Origin: Octopus sinensis
Taxonomy: Eukaryota
Length of the DNA: 64,000 bases
Direction of reading: 5' to 3'
Assembly (NCBI RefSeq): GCF_006345805.1
Contig: NC_042999.1
Location: 151,962,001-152,026,000, forward strand
Under the pieces are notes generated by a model. The model ran no database searches. It saw only the letters and a program-made list of their open reading frames with translations, and was not told where the DNA came from. Below, one piece after another: positions 12,225-23,362 of the stretch (position 1 is the stretch's first letter; each line of letters opens with the position of its first letter). The position numbers and the translations under genes were made by a program.

Positions 12225-12330
12225 TGTTTTTTCCCTAGATCAATCTTAATTGATTTATGATCAAATGCGTTCCAGCCTCTAGCCATAGTCATCTGTTCAT
12301 ATTTTTTTTCAGACATTATCCTTTTTTTTC
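12225..12330 (+). repeat. Unclassified ~110-bp interspersed repeat (family E)
   Basis: Related segments at about 20883-20975, 54350-54460 and 55110-55230 (..GATCAAGCAG..ATCAAAG..TTCCAGCC..GACCAT..). Confidence 0.5.
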
Positions 12331-12800
12331 TCTTGTTTCTGACATTAAACTGTGGCCATGCTGGGGCACCACAGAATTTTAGTTGAATGAATCAACCCCA
12401 GGACTTATTTTTTAAGCCTGGTACTTGTTCTATTGATCTCTTTTGCTAAACTGCTAAGTTACAGGGATGTAAACACGCCAACACCAGTTGTCATTGGGAG
12501 ACAAACATAGACACAAAGATAAACACACAATATATATGTATGTTGGCCTGCTCGCTTAACCAGCGGGGTGGCGTCATTTGAAGGCTAAAACAATGGGAAG
12601 CGCATTGTGACCAGCGATGTGTAGCAACATCTGATAGCCTGGTCGGTTACGGTGATCACGGTGATATATGTATGTATGTGTGTATGTATGAATGTATGTA
12701 GATAGATAAATAAACAGAAAGGCATAGATAAAGATATAAATATATAGATATATATAAATATATGATGGGCTTCTTTCAGTTTCCGTCTACCAAATCCACT
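12325..12800 (-). mobile_element. SINE family A (minus) with internal insertion at about 12545-12670
   Basis: Body and partial head in reverse complement, separated by a microsatellite and a CpG-containing foreign segment. Confidence 0.8.
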
Positions 12801-12899
12801 CTTTATCTAATAAAAGCCAAAGTTAACAAATTCGCCATTCATAACAGTTACAGCCTAAAGGGAGTTAACTGAGAAAGACTTGAAAGTTAACGTAAGATT

Positions 12900-13116
12900 G
12901 TAATCATGTAAAGTAAATATAACAAATAATCCAGAATCCTTGTCCAGTATTGGATCGATCCCAAATCAGTTTGTGCCAGTCACGAGGCCAAACATCCCTG
13001 AAGGTTTCGTCCAAATCCATCCAGTGGTTCTTGAGATATCTTGCCTACCAACAAACAATCAAACAAACAAATCCAACTAAAAACAATACCTCCCGCTTAG
13101 CAAAGGCGGAGGTAAA
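12900..13116 (+). mobile_element. Helentron/HINE-like 3' end
   Basis: CCAAATCCATCCAGTGGTTCTTGAGATATC..(ACAA)n..terminal hairpin ACCTCCCGC-TTAGCAAAG-GCGGAGGT at 13088-13113. Confidence 0.65.
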
Positions 13117-13135
13117 AAATATACGGCACAGTATA

Positions 13136-13211
13136 CAGTTTCTACTTCGCGGATTTTCACCTATGGTTGGGGTTTTGGAACATAATACCCATGATAGTCA
13201 AGGGTTTACTG
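13136..13211. mobile_element. Short Tigger-like MITE remnant
   Basis: TA-flanked; right end GATAGTCAAGGGTTTACTG matches the 55346-55639 element. Confidence 0.6.
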
Positions 13212-13642
13212 TACATTTTAAATGCTATGTACAGTAATTTTGTTATTAGATAACTGACTGTACAGAGTATACATAAAACAGAAAAGGGTTTAGAAAAAAA
13301 TGTTGCAAAGCCATAGCTAAAAATTCAATCCGCTTTGAACCCTGGTACTTTGAATCCTTTTAACATTAGTCTGTAACATTTGTTGACATGCATCAGGTTC
13401 TACACAATTTTGTTATCTGTTTGTATTGGATACTAATGATTTTGTCTGACAAAAGGCAAAGTTGTGGTGGTTAAGGAACTTGCTATGCATCAGCATGGTT
13501 TCAGGTTCAGTCCTTTGGCAAGTGTCTTCTCCTATAGCCCTGGGCCATTCAATGCCCTGTGAGTCGATTTGGAAGACAGAAACTGTTTGAAAGCCTGTCA
13601 TATACATGTGTGTGTGTGTGTATCTGTATGTATGTATGTATG

Positions 13643-13702
<60 letters not shown>

Positions 13703-13719
13703 AACCCCCTTTGCTTGCG

Positions 13720-14102
13720 AAGACATGTTGGGGCAAGCGAAAGCGAAATCGAATTGAACCAGCCAGGATCCCTGGTCTGGTGGTACGTAAAAAACACTAT
13801 CCGACTTGTGGCCGATGCCAGCTCCGCCTCGACTGGCTTCCGTGCCGGTGGCACATAAAATTCACCAATCCGACCGTGGCCGTTGCCAGCCTCGCCTGGC
13901 ACCTGTGCAGGTGGCACGTAAAAAGCACCCACTACACTCACGGAGTGGTTGGCGTTAGGAAGGGCATCCAGCCATAGAAACATTGCCAGATAAGACTGGA
14001 GCCTGGTGCAGCCTTCTGGCTTCCCAGATCCCCAGTCGAACCGTCCAACCCATGCTAGCATGGAGAACGGACGTTAAACGATGATGATGATGATGATGAT
14101 GA
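13720..14102 (+). mobile_element. RTE-derived non-autonomous element (family D), young copy
   Basis: GGCGTTAGGAAGGGCATCCAGCC motif; internal GGTGGCACGTAAAAA subrepeats; 3' CCCATGCTAGCATGGAGAACGGACGTTAAAC(GAT)n; CpG-rich. Confidence 0.85.
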
Positions 14103-14111
14103 TATATATAT

Positions 14112-14577
14112 ATAGGCACAGACATGGCTGTGTGATAAGAAGCTTGCTTCTCAAACACATGGTTCTGGGTTCAGCCCCATTGCATGGCACCTTGGGCAAG
14201 TATCTTCTACTATAGCCTTAGGCCAGCCAAAGCCTTGTGAGTGGATTTGGTAGACAGAAGCTGAAAGAAGCCTGTCATATATATAAATCTGTGTGTGTGT
14301 GCATATGTGTGTTTGTGTGAGTCTGTGTGTGTCTGTGTGTGTGCGTATGTGTGTGTCTGAGTTTGTCCCCCTGTTTTTGCTTGGCAACTAATGCTGGTTT
14401 GTTTATGTCCCTGCAACTTAGTGGTTCAGCAAAAGAGAATGATAGAATAAGTACTACATTTACAAAGAATAAATCCTGATGTCGATTTGGTTGACCAAAA
14501 CCTTTCAAGGTGGTGCTCCAGCATGGCCACAGTCAAATAACTGGAACAAATAAAAAAATAAGATATAAAAAAGAGTA
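14112..14577 (+). mobile_element. Full-length SINE family A (head + microsatellite + body)
   Basis: tRNA-like head GGTTCTGGGTTCAGCCCC, (TG)n spacer, body ending CAGCATGGCCACAGTCAAATAACTGGAAC..AAAAAGAG. Confidence 0.9.
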
Positions 14578-14879
14578 TGTGCACACATATACACGTGAGT
14601 GTGATTTTCTGTTTGTTTGTCACCTGCCACCACTATCACCACTTTACAACCAGTGTTGGTTTGTTAATGGCCCTGTAAGCAGTTTGGCAAAGAGACCAAT
14701 AGAACAAGTAGCAAACTTCAAAAAAATATAGGTACTCGGGACAATTTATCTGACCAAAACCCTCCAAGCTGTGGCCCCAGCATGGCCACAGCTAAATGAC
14801 CGAAAACAAGTAAAGGATAAAAGAAAGAGACGTGCACTTTACACACACACACACACACACACACACAGATTTATTCTAA

Positions 14880-15360
14880 TGTTCTTGATCCTCTTGAATG
14901 ATTTTCCTCACTACCATATTCCACTCTTCAGCCATCTCATCAAAGAATGCCATTTCTCCATTTTCTTTGTCAAAGACCTTTCGAGAACTTTTTTGTTTTT
15001 TGCTTGAAAATATTTAGAAAGCAATCAATCATATTTCTTGTCTTTTATGAATCCTTCTTTCTTTAAAAATCTTCATTTAAATCTAATAAATCTTAGATTT
15101 TTTTTCTGAAGAATTCAGTAAAAGTTTAGAATGTGAAACTCTTTTTCCTTTTTTCACATCAGCATTTAACCAAATATTGGAAGCTTTAAAGATGTCTCCT
15201 TCCTAACTATTATCAAAGAATTAGCACAAGAAGGTTTGAAAGGTATCCACATAAAATATTGAACTTCAAAACAGGAAAACCAGTTTCATCTTCACATTAT
15301 ACTTAATTAGCAAGCCTGGTTTGACTGATGTTGTCCAATAGACCAAAACATGTCCATTAT
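14880..15360 (-). pseudogene. Possible BACK-domain (Kelch-like) pseudogene fragment
   Basis: Stop-interrupted minus-strand peptides NWFSCFEVQYFMWIPF / EGDIFKASNIWLNADVKKEKRV..LLLN (15148-15202), resembling the BACK motif E..VF.A...W...D...R. Confidence 0.3.
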
Positions 15361-15524
15361 TGTTCCCCTTACATGCATACAAAGGTCAGATTTCCCCTAA
15401 GTGTCTAAATTAATTTTGAGTAATTCTTTATTTTTGGACACTATCCCCCACCCAAACAACTTTTGCTTTGATTTATTTATTTATTTATTTATTTATTCTT
15501 TTATTTATTTATTGAGAGTTACTC

Positions 15525-15785
15525 TTTTACTCTTTTACTTGTTTCAGTCATTTGACTGTGGCCATACAGGAGCACCACCTTTAGTCAAGCAAATCGACCC
15601 CAGGACTTATTCTCTGTAAGCCTAGTACATATTCTATTGGTCTCTTTTGCCGAACCGCTAAGTTACGGGAATTTAAACACATCAGCATTGATTGTCAAGC
15701 GATGTTGGGGGACAAACACAGACACACACACATACATACCATGTGGTTGGTAAGCAAGCTACTTACTACACTGCCACTCCTATGG
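15525..15785 (-). mobile_element. SINE family A (body plus head fragment)
   Basis: CTCTTTTACTCTTTTACTTGTTTCAGTC.. reverse complement of the A 3' end. Confidence 0.88.
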
Positions 15786-15931
15786 TTGCTAACAACTCCA
15801 ACTTTTTTTCCTTTCTGCTACAACTAAGAGGAAAATTTCAAATAATTAAGAATTTTTGACACACAGCATTCAGAGGCTTAATTTATTTACCCTAATTCTT
15901 ACCATTGTCTCACTTGAGTTATGGCCCTTAA

Positions 15932-15942
15932 CTCTTCTGCTT

Positions 15943-15973
<31 letters not shown>

Positions 15974-16029
15974 TTATTATTATTATATTATTATTACTAT
16001 TGTCATCGTCATCCTCCTCCTCCTCCTCC

Positions 16030-16060
<31 letters not shown>

Positions 16061-16072
16061 TGTCATCATCAT
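15932..16072. repeat. Compound (CTT)n(ATT)n(CCT)n(CAT)n microsatellite
   Basis: Direct inspection. Confidence 0.95.
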
Positions 16073-17204
16073 TACTGAAATTTAGCTTAGGAAATGCCCT
16101 GATGATCCTCCTTTGTAATTTGCAGAACATAAGGTTCCGCTATTTTTACAGTCCAAAATTGGCTGTATATACTTATTCATTTATTTTTATATCTTGGTTG
16201 GTATATTACAAAGTCAGTGATGAACCTCTTTTTGTTTTTGTGCACTGATAATCTGAGGATGTCTCTTGTCTTTTGCTGATATTATTCTTCTGTGATTATT
16301 TTCCCTTCTGTTTCTCTTGAAATCTGTTTGTTTAAGATTTGCTTGCATCTTCATGTCTCAGATATCCTACCACCAAATGTCCATCAAAATAAATAAATAA
16401 ACTATATAAATGTAAGAAGAAGAAAAAAAACTAATTGAATCAGCAAAATGTAATATCTGTCGCCTTACAGCGTCATGTGTATTGATTTTTTATATTTTTG
16501 TATTTATATTAAAAAAAAAATCTTGTTGATAAACTGAAATAATTCAAAATTCTTATCGTTTGACCTGAGATTTATATCTCATATACATTTGTCAGAAGAG
16601 CTCAGCTGCCTTAAGCAAATTTTAATATTTTTTCCAGTGTAAATCATTGTATCTGAGGAATTTTTTACCGTCTTTCTTGCTTTTTTTTTGTTTTGTTTAT
16701 GTGTTAGATTTATTTTGGTATCATCATTTTTGCCTGAATCTCTTACAATTCTGTCAGACTAAAAGGCTGTATACAGCCATCATAAAATGAAAGAAAAGCA
16801 ACAAGGACTGAGTGTGTTTAACAGGAATAGTCAGCAGCTGTTTTTACTAAATATGGAAGTCAGAAAAGAAAATTGTCCTATAAGAGTGTGCAAGTATGGA
16901 AGGAGAATAACAAATACAAAATCTTGGCTGTGTGGTTTAGAAGTTCACTTTGCAACCATGGGATTTGGGTTTCAGTACCACTACGTGGCAACCTAGACTA
17001 GTATCTTCAATGCAATGTGAGTAAATTTGATAGACAAAAATTGTGTGGAAACCTGTTGAGTATGTGTGTGTGTGTGTGTGTGTGTGTGCTTGTCCCCTCC
17101 ACCTTTTGATAACTGGTGTTGATTTGCTCATACCCCTTTGATATAGCAGTTCAACCACAGAGTCCTATAGAATAAGTACCAGATTTAAAACATAAATTCT
17201 ATTA

Positions 17205-17342
17205 ACAGGAGTGGTTGTGTGGTAAGTAGCTTGCTTGCCAACCATATGGTTCTGGGTTCAGTCTCACTGTGTGGCACCTTGGGTAAGAGTGGATTTGGTA
17301 GACAAAAACTGAAGAAGCCCATTGTGTGTGTGTTTATGTATG

Positions 17343-17381
<39 letters not shown>

Positions 17382-17650
17382 ACGTACATACGTGTGTACA
17401 TATATACCTAGATAGGTAGGTAGGTATGCATGTATGTATGTGATTGCGTGACTGTTTTTGTCCCACCACTATCGCTTGACAATTGATGCTGGTGTGTTTA
17501 TGTTCCTGTCAATTAGCGCTTCGGCAAAAAGAAACTGATAAAATAAGTACGAGGCTTACAAAGAATAAGTCCTGGAGTTGATTTGTTCGACTAAAGGCAG
17601 TGCTCCAGCATGGCTGTAGTGAATGACTGAAACATGTAAAAGAATAAAAA
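17205..17650 (+). mobile_element. SINE family A
   Basis: Head GTGTGGTAAGTAGCTTGC, microsatellite spacer, body to AAAAGAATAAA. Confidence 0.88.
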
Positions 17651-18815
17651 ACAAAGAATATAAAATCATTTATTTCAGTTTTCCTAATCCTTTTCTTACC
17701 ATATTTCTGTTGCTTCAATAAATTCGGAAAATAATGAAGAATCTAAAAAAATAATATCATTATCAAGCTGGTGTTTAGAACATGAATTAACATGAATTTT
17801 CGATTAGACCACTTTAAAACAGGATGTTTGTATCATGGAACCAGGAACAATCTCAAGGTGGGTTGGTACAAAGTCTTAATGCAATATCCTGGTATATATA
17901 AAGGATTGAACCAGCCTCCTTAGATCAAGTGTCTATATCTCATTAATTAGATCATGCATGCTGAAGCACTTAAAAGGTCAAAAGTTTAGGTTATCATGAA
18001 ACCTAGAAGTAAAAAGCAAAATTTGGTAATTTCTTGTAGTAAATTAGTTATTTCGTATATATTTTTGTTGAGAGAAAAAAAAAAGAGGTAATTAGACAAG
18101 AAGGACAGATTGTTATTTGTATCAATTAAGATCTCAATGAAATTAACTCAGAAAACATTTAGTTAACTATTGATGTCTACTAGATATCTCTTCCAGTCAC
18201 ACAGAGGAACAAAAAACATTCACATACAAACACATTCATATATAAAAGTACAGCTTTCATTCATATATCAAATAGACATAAATAGACAATCCTTAAAACT
18301 AATAGTGAGAGAGGAAGATGAATAGACAGATGGAGAGAGAGAGAGAGAGACGAGAAGTGGGAATGGAAAGAAGGGGCAGGGGATGAGAATGGGAGTGATA
18401 GAAACAAATAGAGAGACCAGGCAGAAATGAAGATATTAATAGTGATCTTTAGATTAGATTCTTAAAATATATCTATTGTTTTCCTCATCTCTATAGAGTC
18501 CAATGTGTGGAAAATATTTATAAATGTATAATGCAGCAGTATCTTCACATATACACATGCACACACACTCTTATATATATATATATATATTATATATATA
18601 TATATGTATGTATAAAATTTGATAAACTCAATATATGATTTTATGTTCGACTATTAGTTTCATGTGATAAAAGCAATTCAGACAGTATATTTTAACATGT
18701 CTGGTGCCTTAGTGCAATCTTCAGGCACAAGGTTTAAATGTGAGCTACCATTAATCTCATGCCTCTGAAAATACAATGGGTGGACAAGCTTGTATTGTGT
18801 GCTGTGTATTTTCAG

Positions 18816-18886
18816 GCAATCATTTACACTCAAAATACAACGTGACTGCTTCTATCAAGGGATAAAAATATACAATATCAAACTGT
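18816..18886 (+). CDS. Weak candidate exon (phase 2 to 1)
   Basis: gtattttcag| and T|gtaaat; frame QSFTLKIQRDCFYQGIKIYNIKL; bridges the phases of the 12072 and 24398 exons. Confidence 0.22.
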
Positions 18887-19149
18887 GTAAATATAGCTCT
18901 ATGCTTACCTTTTATATTCCTAAACCAATCTATGATAATGTTGTAATTTAGTAGTCTCTCTAATTCTATTATTAATATGTCTAAGTACTTTTGGGGGGAT
19001 TTTAAACCTATTTCAGTTTTAGCTGGATTTAAAAATTTACAGTTGGGATTCTTGCTAAAATAAGGTTTGTGATCTTTTAGCTAAGCACTCCAACCTCATC
19101 AATTTTATTTAATTTAACAAGGAATTTAACCTCATCTTTAATGTTGTTA

Positions 19150-20058
19150 TAAGGGGGTACCCAAAAGAATCAGGAATTTTGCAATATTATTTTATTCACT
19201 TACTTTTACATATTTACACTTTTTTTGCTTTCAAAGCATTCTCTATTTGAAGTAAACGTCCGGACACATTTTCCACTAATCGAAGTAATGCTGGAACTCC
19301 TGCCAAGTGATGCCTTTTAATGCCTCCATGGTGTTTTCCTTCACCTCTTCCACATTTGCTATTTCTGTAGCACCAAATTTTGTCACCAGTGATGACCTTT
19401 GAAAAGAGGTTTGGATAAACTTCCAACTGTTCTTTCAGTGCATGACATGCATTCAGTCATGACTGCTTTTGATCTTCCGTGAACAAGTGAGGCACAAATT
19501 TTACTGTAACTCTTCTCATTTGCAATTCCTTGCTCAAAATTCTTTGGTAACAGCTCCAGAACACACCAGTCATATCAACAAGTTTGTCAATTGTTTGGTG
19601 ACAGTCCTCCAAGATCAGTTTCTGAATTTTCAAGATATTTTCATTTCTTTGGGAGGTTGATGGTCATTCTGAACAAGGTTGGTCTTCAAGCAACAAGTGA
19701 CCATTCCTAAAGTATGGAAACCACTTGTAAACTTGTAAACTTGTGTTTTGCTCATGGAGCATCCTTGTAAGTTGTTTCAAGCACGACAACTGTTTCAGCT
19801 GCTGTTTTCCCCAGCAGAAAACAGAATTTCATGGAAGTATGCTGTTCCTTCATTTCAGCCATTGCAAAAATCAATGAACAGGAGAGAAGTACAGCAAAAC
19901 AAGGATGCACCACATAGTAGTATGACTTCACCCAACAACATCAGTCAGCAGATTGATGCCTGAGGGTTGCATCAAGTGGTTTCTAGTGGCCAAAGCCAGA
20001 ACTACAATGGGTTTGTCCCACAGAGAACGTTTCCACTTACTTTTGAGTACACCTTCAT
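19150..20058 (-). mobile_element. Internally deleted mariner element
   Basis: Imperfect TIRs (GGGGGTACCCAAAAG / CTTTTGAGTACACC); ATG at 19862: MAEMKEQHTSMKFCFLLGKTAAE..KFVPHLFTEDQK..NLFSKVITGDKIWCY, then jumps to the C-terminal end. Confidence 0.9.
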
Positions 20059-20253
20059 ATATCTGTACCAGCTTTTTTTATATTTAGTGGAAATAGTATC
20101 ATGTAGCAACTTATCAAGTAAATTGTTATTGACTTTGTACAGGTTATTAGTCTTATCAGAAAATATGAACCTATTTTCTTACATCTGATTTTAGTTTAAA
20201 TTGGTTGGGGTTATATAACCTCACTGGATAGAATGCACCAATAACTGAATAAT

Positions 20254-20562
20254 TTAGCACCTTCAGACTATCATCTCTTCGGCCCCATGAAAGAGGGTTT
20301 GAGAGGCGAACATTATTCCAGTGACGAGGAAGTGAAAACTGTAGTGAAGAAGTGGCTCAAAGAACAGTCAATAGAATTTTAGTGGGGAAGGATACACGCT
20401 CTCATTCAAAGGTGGAACATTACTACTGAGTGAAATGGTGATGATGTTGAGAAGTAGGATGTGATCCACAGAGGACCAGCTTCGTTTTGATGTATGATAC
20501 ATGTTCCTGTGTTGGTAATTATAACTGTCCTAAATAAAATGGCATAACTTTTTGACTCACCC

Positions 20563-20566
<4 letters not shown>
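20254..20566 (+). mobile_element. mariner C-terminal fragment with right TIR
   Basis: LAPSDYHLFGPMKEGLRGEHYSSDEEVKTVVKKWLKEQ..GDDVEK* then ACTTTTTGACTCACCCAGGTA. Confidence 0.9.
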
Positions 20567-20623
<57 letters not shown>

Positions 20624-21537
20624 ATATAAACATGTGTATGTCTATATTTAGATATGTATGCATACATACATAAATGTGTATGCACAACCATTTGCATTTC
20701 CATTCATGGGTGGATTTTTGTGTTTATCTCTTAGTGATTTCTTTTTCTTAATTTTGTGAGTTGCAGTTACTAATTTATTAACTTCAGTGTATTTTGTGGA
20801 ATATGATTTTTGTAGGTGTTTTGATAAAAAAAAATCTGTTCTTAATACTTCATCACCTAAGTGATTCACTAAATATTATTGCAGTTGTTGTGTAACCCCA
20901 GGTCTGCCCTGATCAAACAGACATATAATCAAAGGTATTTCAGCTATGACAATACCACCTTTTTTTTCCTTTATGGATGATGTTTCTAGGCACACATTAT
21001 CCAACATGTCCTTTCCTTTTTATAACACCTGGGTGTGTGGCTGGAGAGAGATTTGGCTGCCTTTACAAGCATGTCAAGTAACCTCAGTGGCTCATTTATT
21101 GCTTCATCTTGTGCCTAGATTAAAAAAAATATTTAAACAGTTATTTGGATATTCAACCTATAAACTAATTATTTTAGATAATTACTATTGTAGACTAAAT
21201 TAGTGGCTCTTATGATAACAATATATTTAATCAACTCAATGAAAAGTGATTAGATATGACAATTATCTTAATGTCAGTGTTGTATCAGCAACAAAAGTTG
21301 ATGTTAAATTTCCTTTCTCACTTGTACTGACAGTGACATATGTAAAATATGTGTGCATTGAATTGAATTAATTTCTGTGTGGAAACTTGGTTTTGTTCAG
21401 TAAAAAAAAAACGAAAAGAAAAGCAGTGAAAATTTCTTAATGGAAAGAGAGAAGTTGATAAATTAAAAAAATGAACACTACAAGGAGGAATGTAAATTAG
21501 AAAGGAAATTATATGTCTGCGTGTTTATGTGTGGTAT

Positions 21538-21766
21538 CATCATCATCATCTGCAGTACCACCACCACCACCACCACCTCCACTGCCATCACCACCACCAC
21601 CACCACCACCACCACCACCACCACCATCATCATTATCATCATCATCACCATCATCATCACCACCACCACCTCCACTGCCATCATCACCACCACCACCACC
21701 ACCACCATCATCATCACCATCATCATCACCACCACCACCACCTCCACTGCCATCATCACCACCACC

Positions 21767-21833
<67 letters not shown>

Positions 21834-21877
21834 CCACCACCACTGCCATCATCATCACCACCACCACCACCACCACC

Positions 21878-21941
<64 letters not shown>

Positions 21942-21972
21942 CCACCACCACCACCACTACCACCATCATCAT
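21538..21972. repeat. Compound (CAC)n/(CAT)n microsatellite with higher-order CTCCACTGCC anchors
   Basis: Anchors at 21577, 21670, 21742 and about 21841; contiguous with the tail of the RTE fragment. Confidence 0.95.
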
Positions 21973-22245
21973 TTTTATGTCTGCTTTTCTATGCTTGCAA
22001 TGGATGGGACATCTCCTTTCCAACACAGCAGTCTTGCCATTTGTTGCTTTCTTCTGTCATCTCTTTTGTGAGATTCAGCTTCTTGGGATAAGCTTTCTAT
22101 GATTTTTGCTCATACCATCTTTGGACCTCTTCCTTCTCAGTTTCCTTCCTCTTGGATACCTTAGCACTTCTTTACCCATCTGTATTCTCCTAATATGCAT
22201 CATATGTCTGTACCAACCTGAATCCTCTGTTTCTCTTACACCTAA
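21970..22245 (-). mobile_element. RTE-clade LINE 3' end (degenerate)
   Basis: Minus translation VRETEDSGWYRHMMHI..GRKLRRKRSK..EMTEESNKWQDCCVGK, like the RTE C-terminus; ends GCAAGCATAGAAAAGCAGACATAAAA(ATG)n. Confidence 0.7.
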
Positions 22246-22319
22246 TGCATGCATGTGTGTGTGTGTGTGTGTGTGAGTGTTTGTGTTAATGAGTGTCACC
22301 ATCATATGAGCGATATCAT

Positions 22320-22860
22320 GGAGGCACATGGCTAAGTGGTTAGAGTATTGGACTTATGCTTGTAAAATTGTGGTTTTGATTCCCGGGCTGGGGAACGCAT
22401 TGTGTTCTTGAGCAAAACACTTCATTTGATGATGCTCCAGTCCACTTGGCTGGCAAAAATGAGTAATCCTGTGATGGACTTCCCAACCACATGGTTCTGG
22501 GTTCAGTCCCACTGTGTGGCACCTTGGGCAAGTGTCTTCTACTATAGCCTTGGGCCAACCAAAGTCCTATGAGTGGATTTGGTAGACAGAAACTGAAAAA
22601 AACCTGTCATATCTGTGTGTGTGTGTGCCTCTGTGTTTGTGCTTGTCCCCCACCACCGCTTGACAACCAGAGTTGGTATGTTTACATCCCCATAACTTAA
22701 CAGCTCAGCAAAAGAGGCTAATAGAATAAGTACCAGGTTTTAAAAAAGAATAAGTACTAGGATTGCTTCATTTGACTAAAAACATTCTTCAAAACAGTGT
22801 CCCAGCATGGGTGCAGTCTAATGACTGAAACAAGTAAAATATTAAAGAATAAAGATAAGA
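22320..22860 (+). mobile_element. Chimeric SINE: family C head fused to family A
   Basis: C-type sequence to ..AATCCTGTGATGGACT (about 22479), then directly TCCCAACCACATGG of family A lacking its first ~30 nt. Confidence 0.8.
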
Positions 22861-23078
22861 GGTAAATTAGGTAAAAAAAAAATAATGACAACAATGATGA
22901 TGATGATGATACTGTTTTAAAAACAGTCATCAAAAACCTTAAATGCATCTTCCTTATGGTACACTTTCCAATGTACCCACCTGTACCCTTCCATTTTCAA
23001 ATTCTTTACCTACACCACTTTTCTCCTTTTTATAAACAGCCCCACTCTGCAGCACTTTGCCTAATGCCATGTGAGTGA

Positions 23079-23154
<76 letters not shown>

Positions 23155-23156
<2 letters not shown>

Positions 23157-23362
23157 GTATTTGTGTGTCTGTGTTTGTCCCCCTACCATTACTTGACAAC
23201 CAATGTTGGTGTGTTTATATTCCTGTGACTTAGTAGTTTGGCAAAAGAGACTGATAGAATAAGTACTAGGCTTACAAAGAATAAGTCCTGGGGTCGATTT
23301 GTTTGACTAAGGGCACTGCTCCAGCATGGTCACAGTCAAATGACTGAAAGAAGTAAAAGAAT
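23155..23362 (+). mobile_element. SINE family A body
   Basis: TGTGTTTGTCCCCCTACC..GAATAAGTCCTGGGGTCGATTTG..AAAAGAAT. Confidence 0.88.

Noticed and set aside
18768-18815. 10-bp inverted repeat creating back-to-back splice acceptors
   Set aside because: Short and AT-rich; expected by chance.
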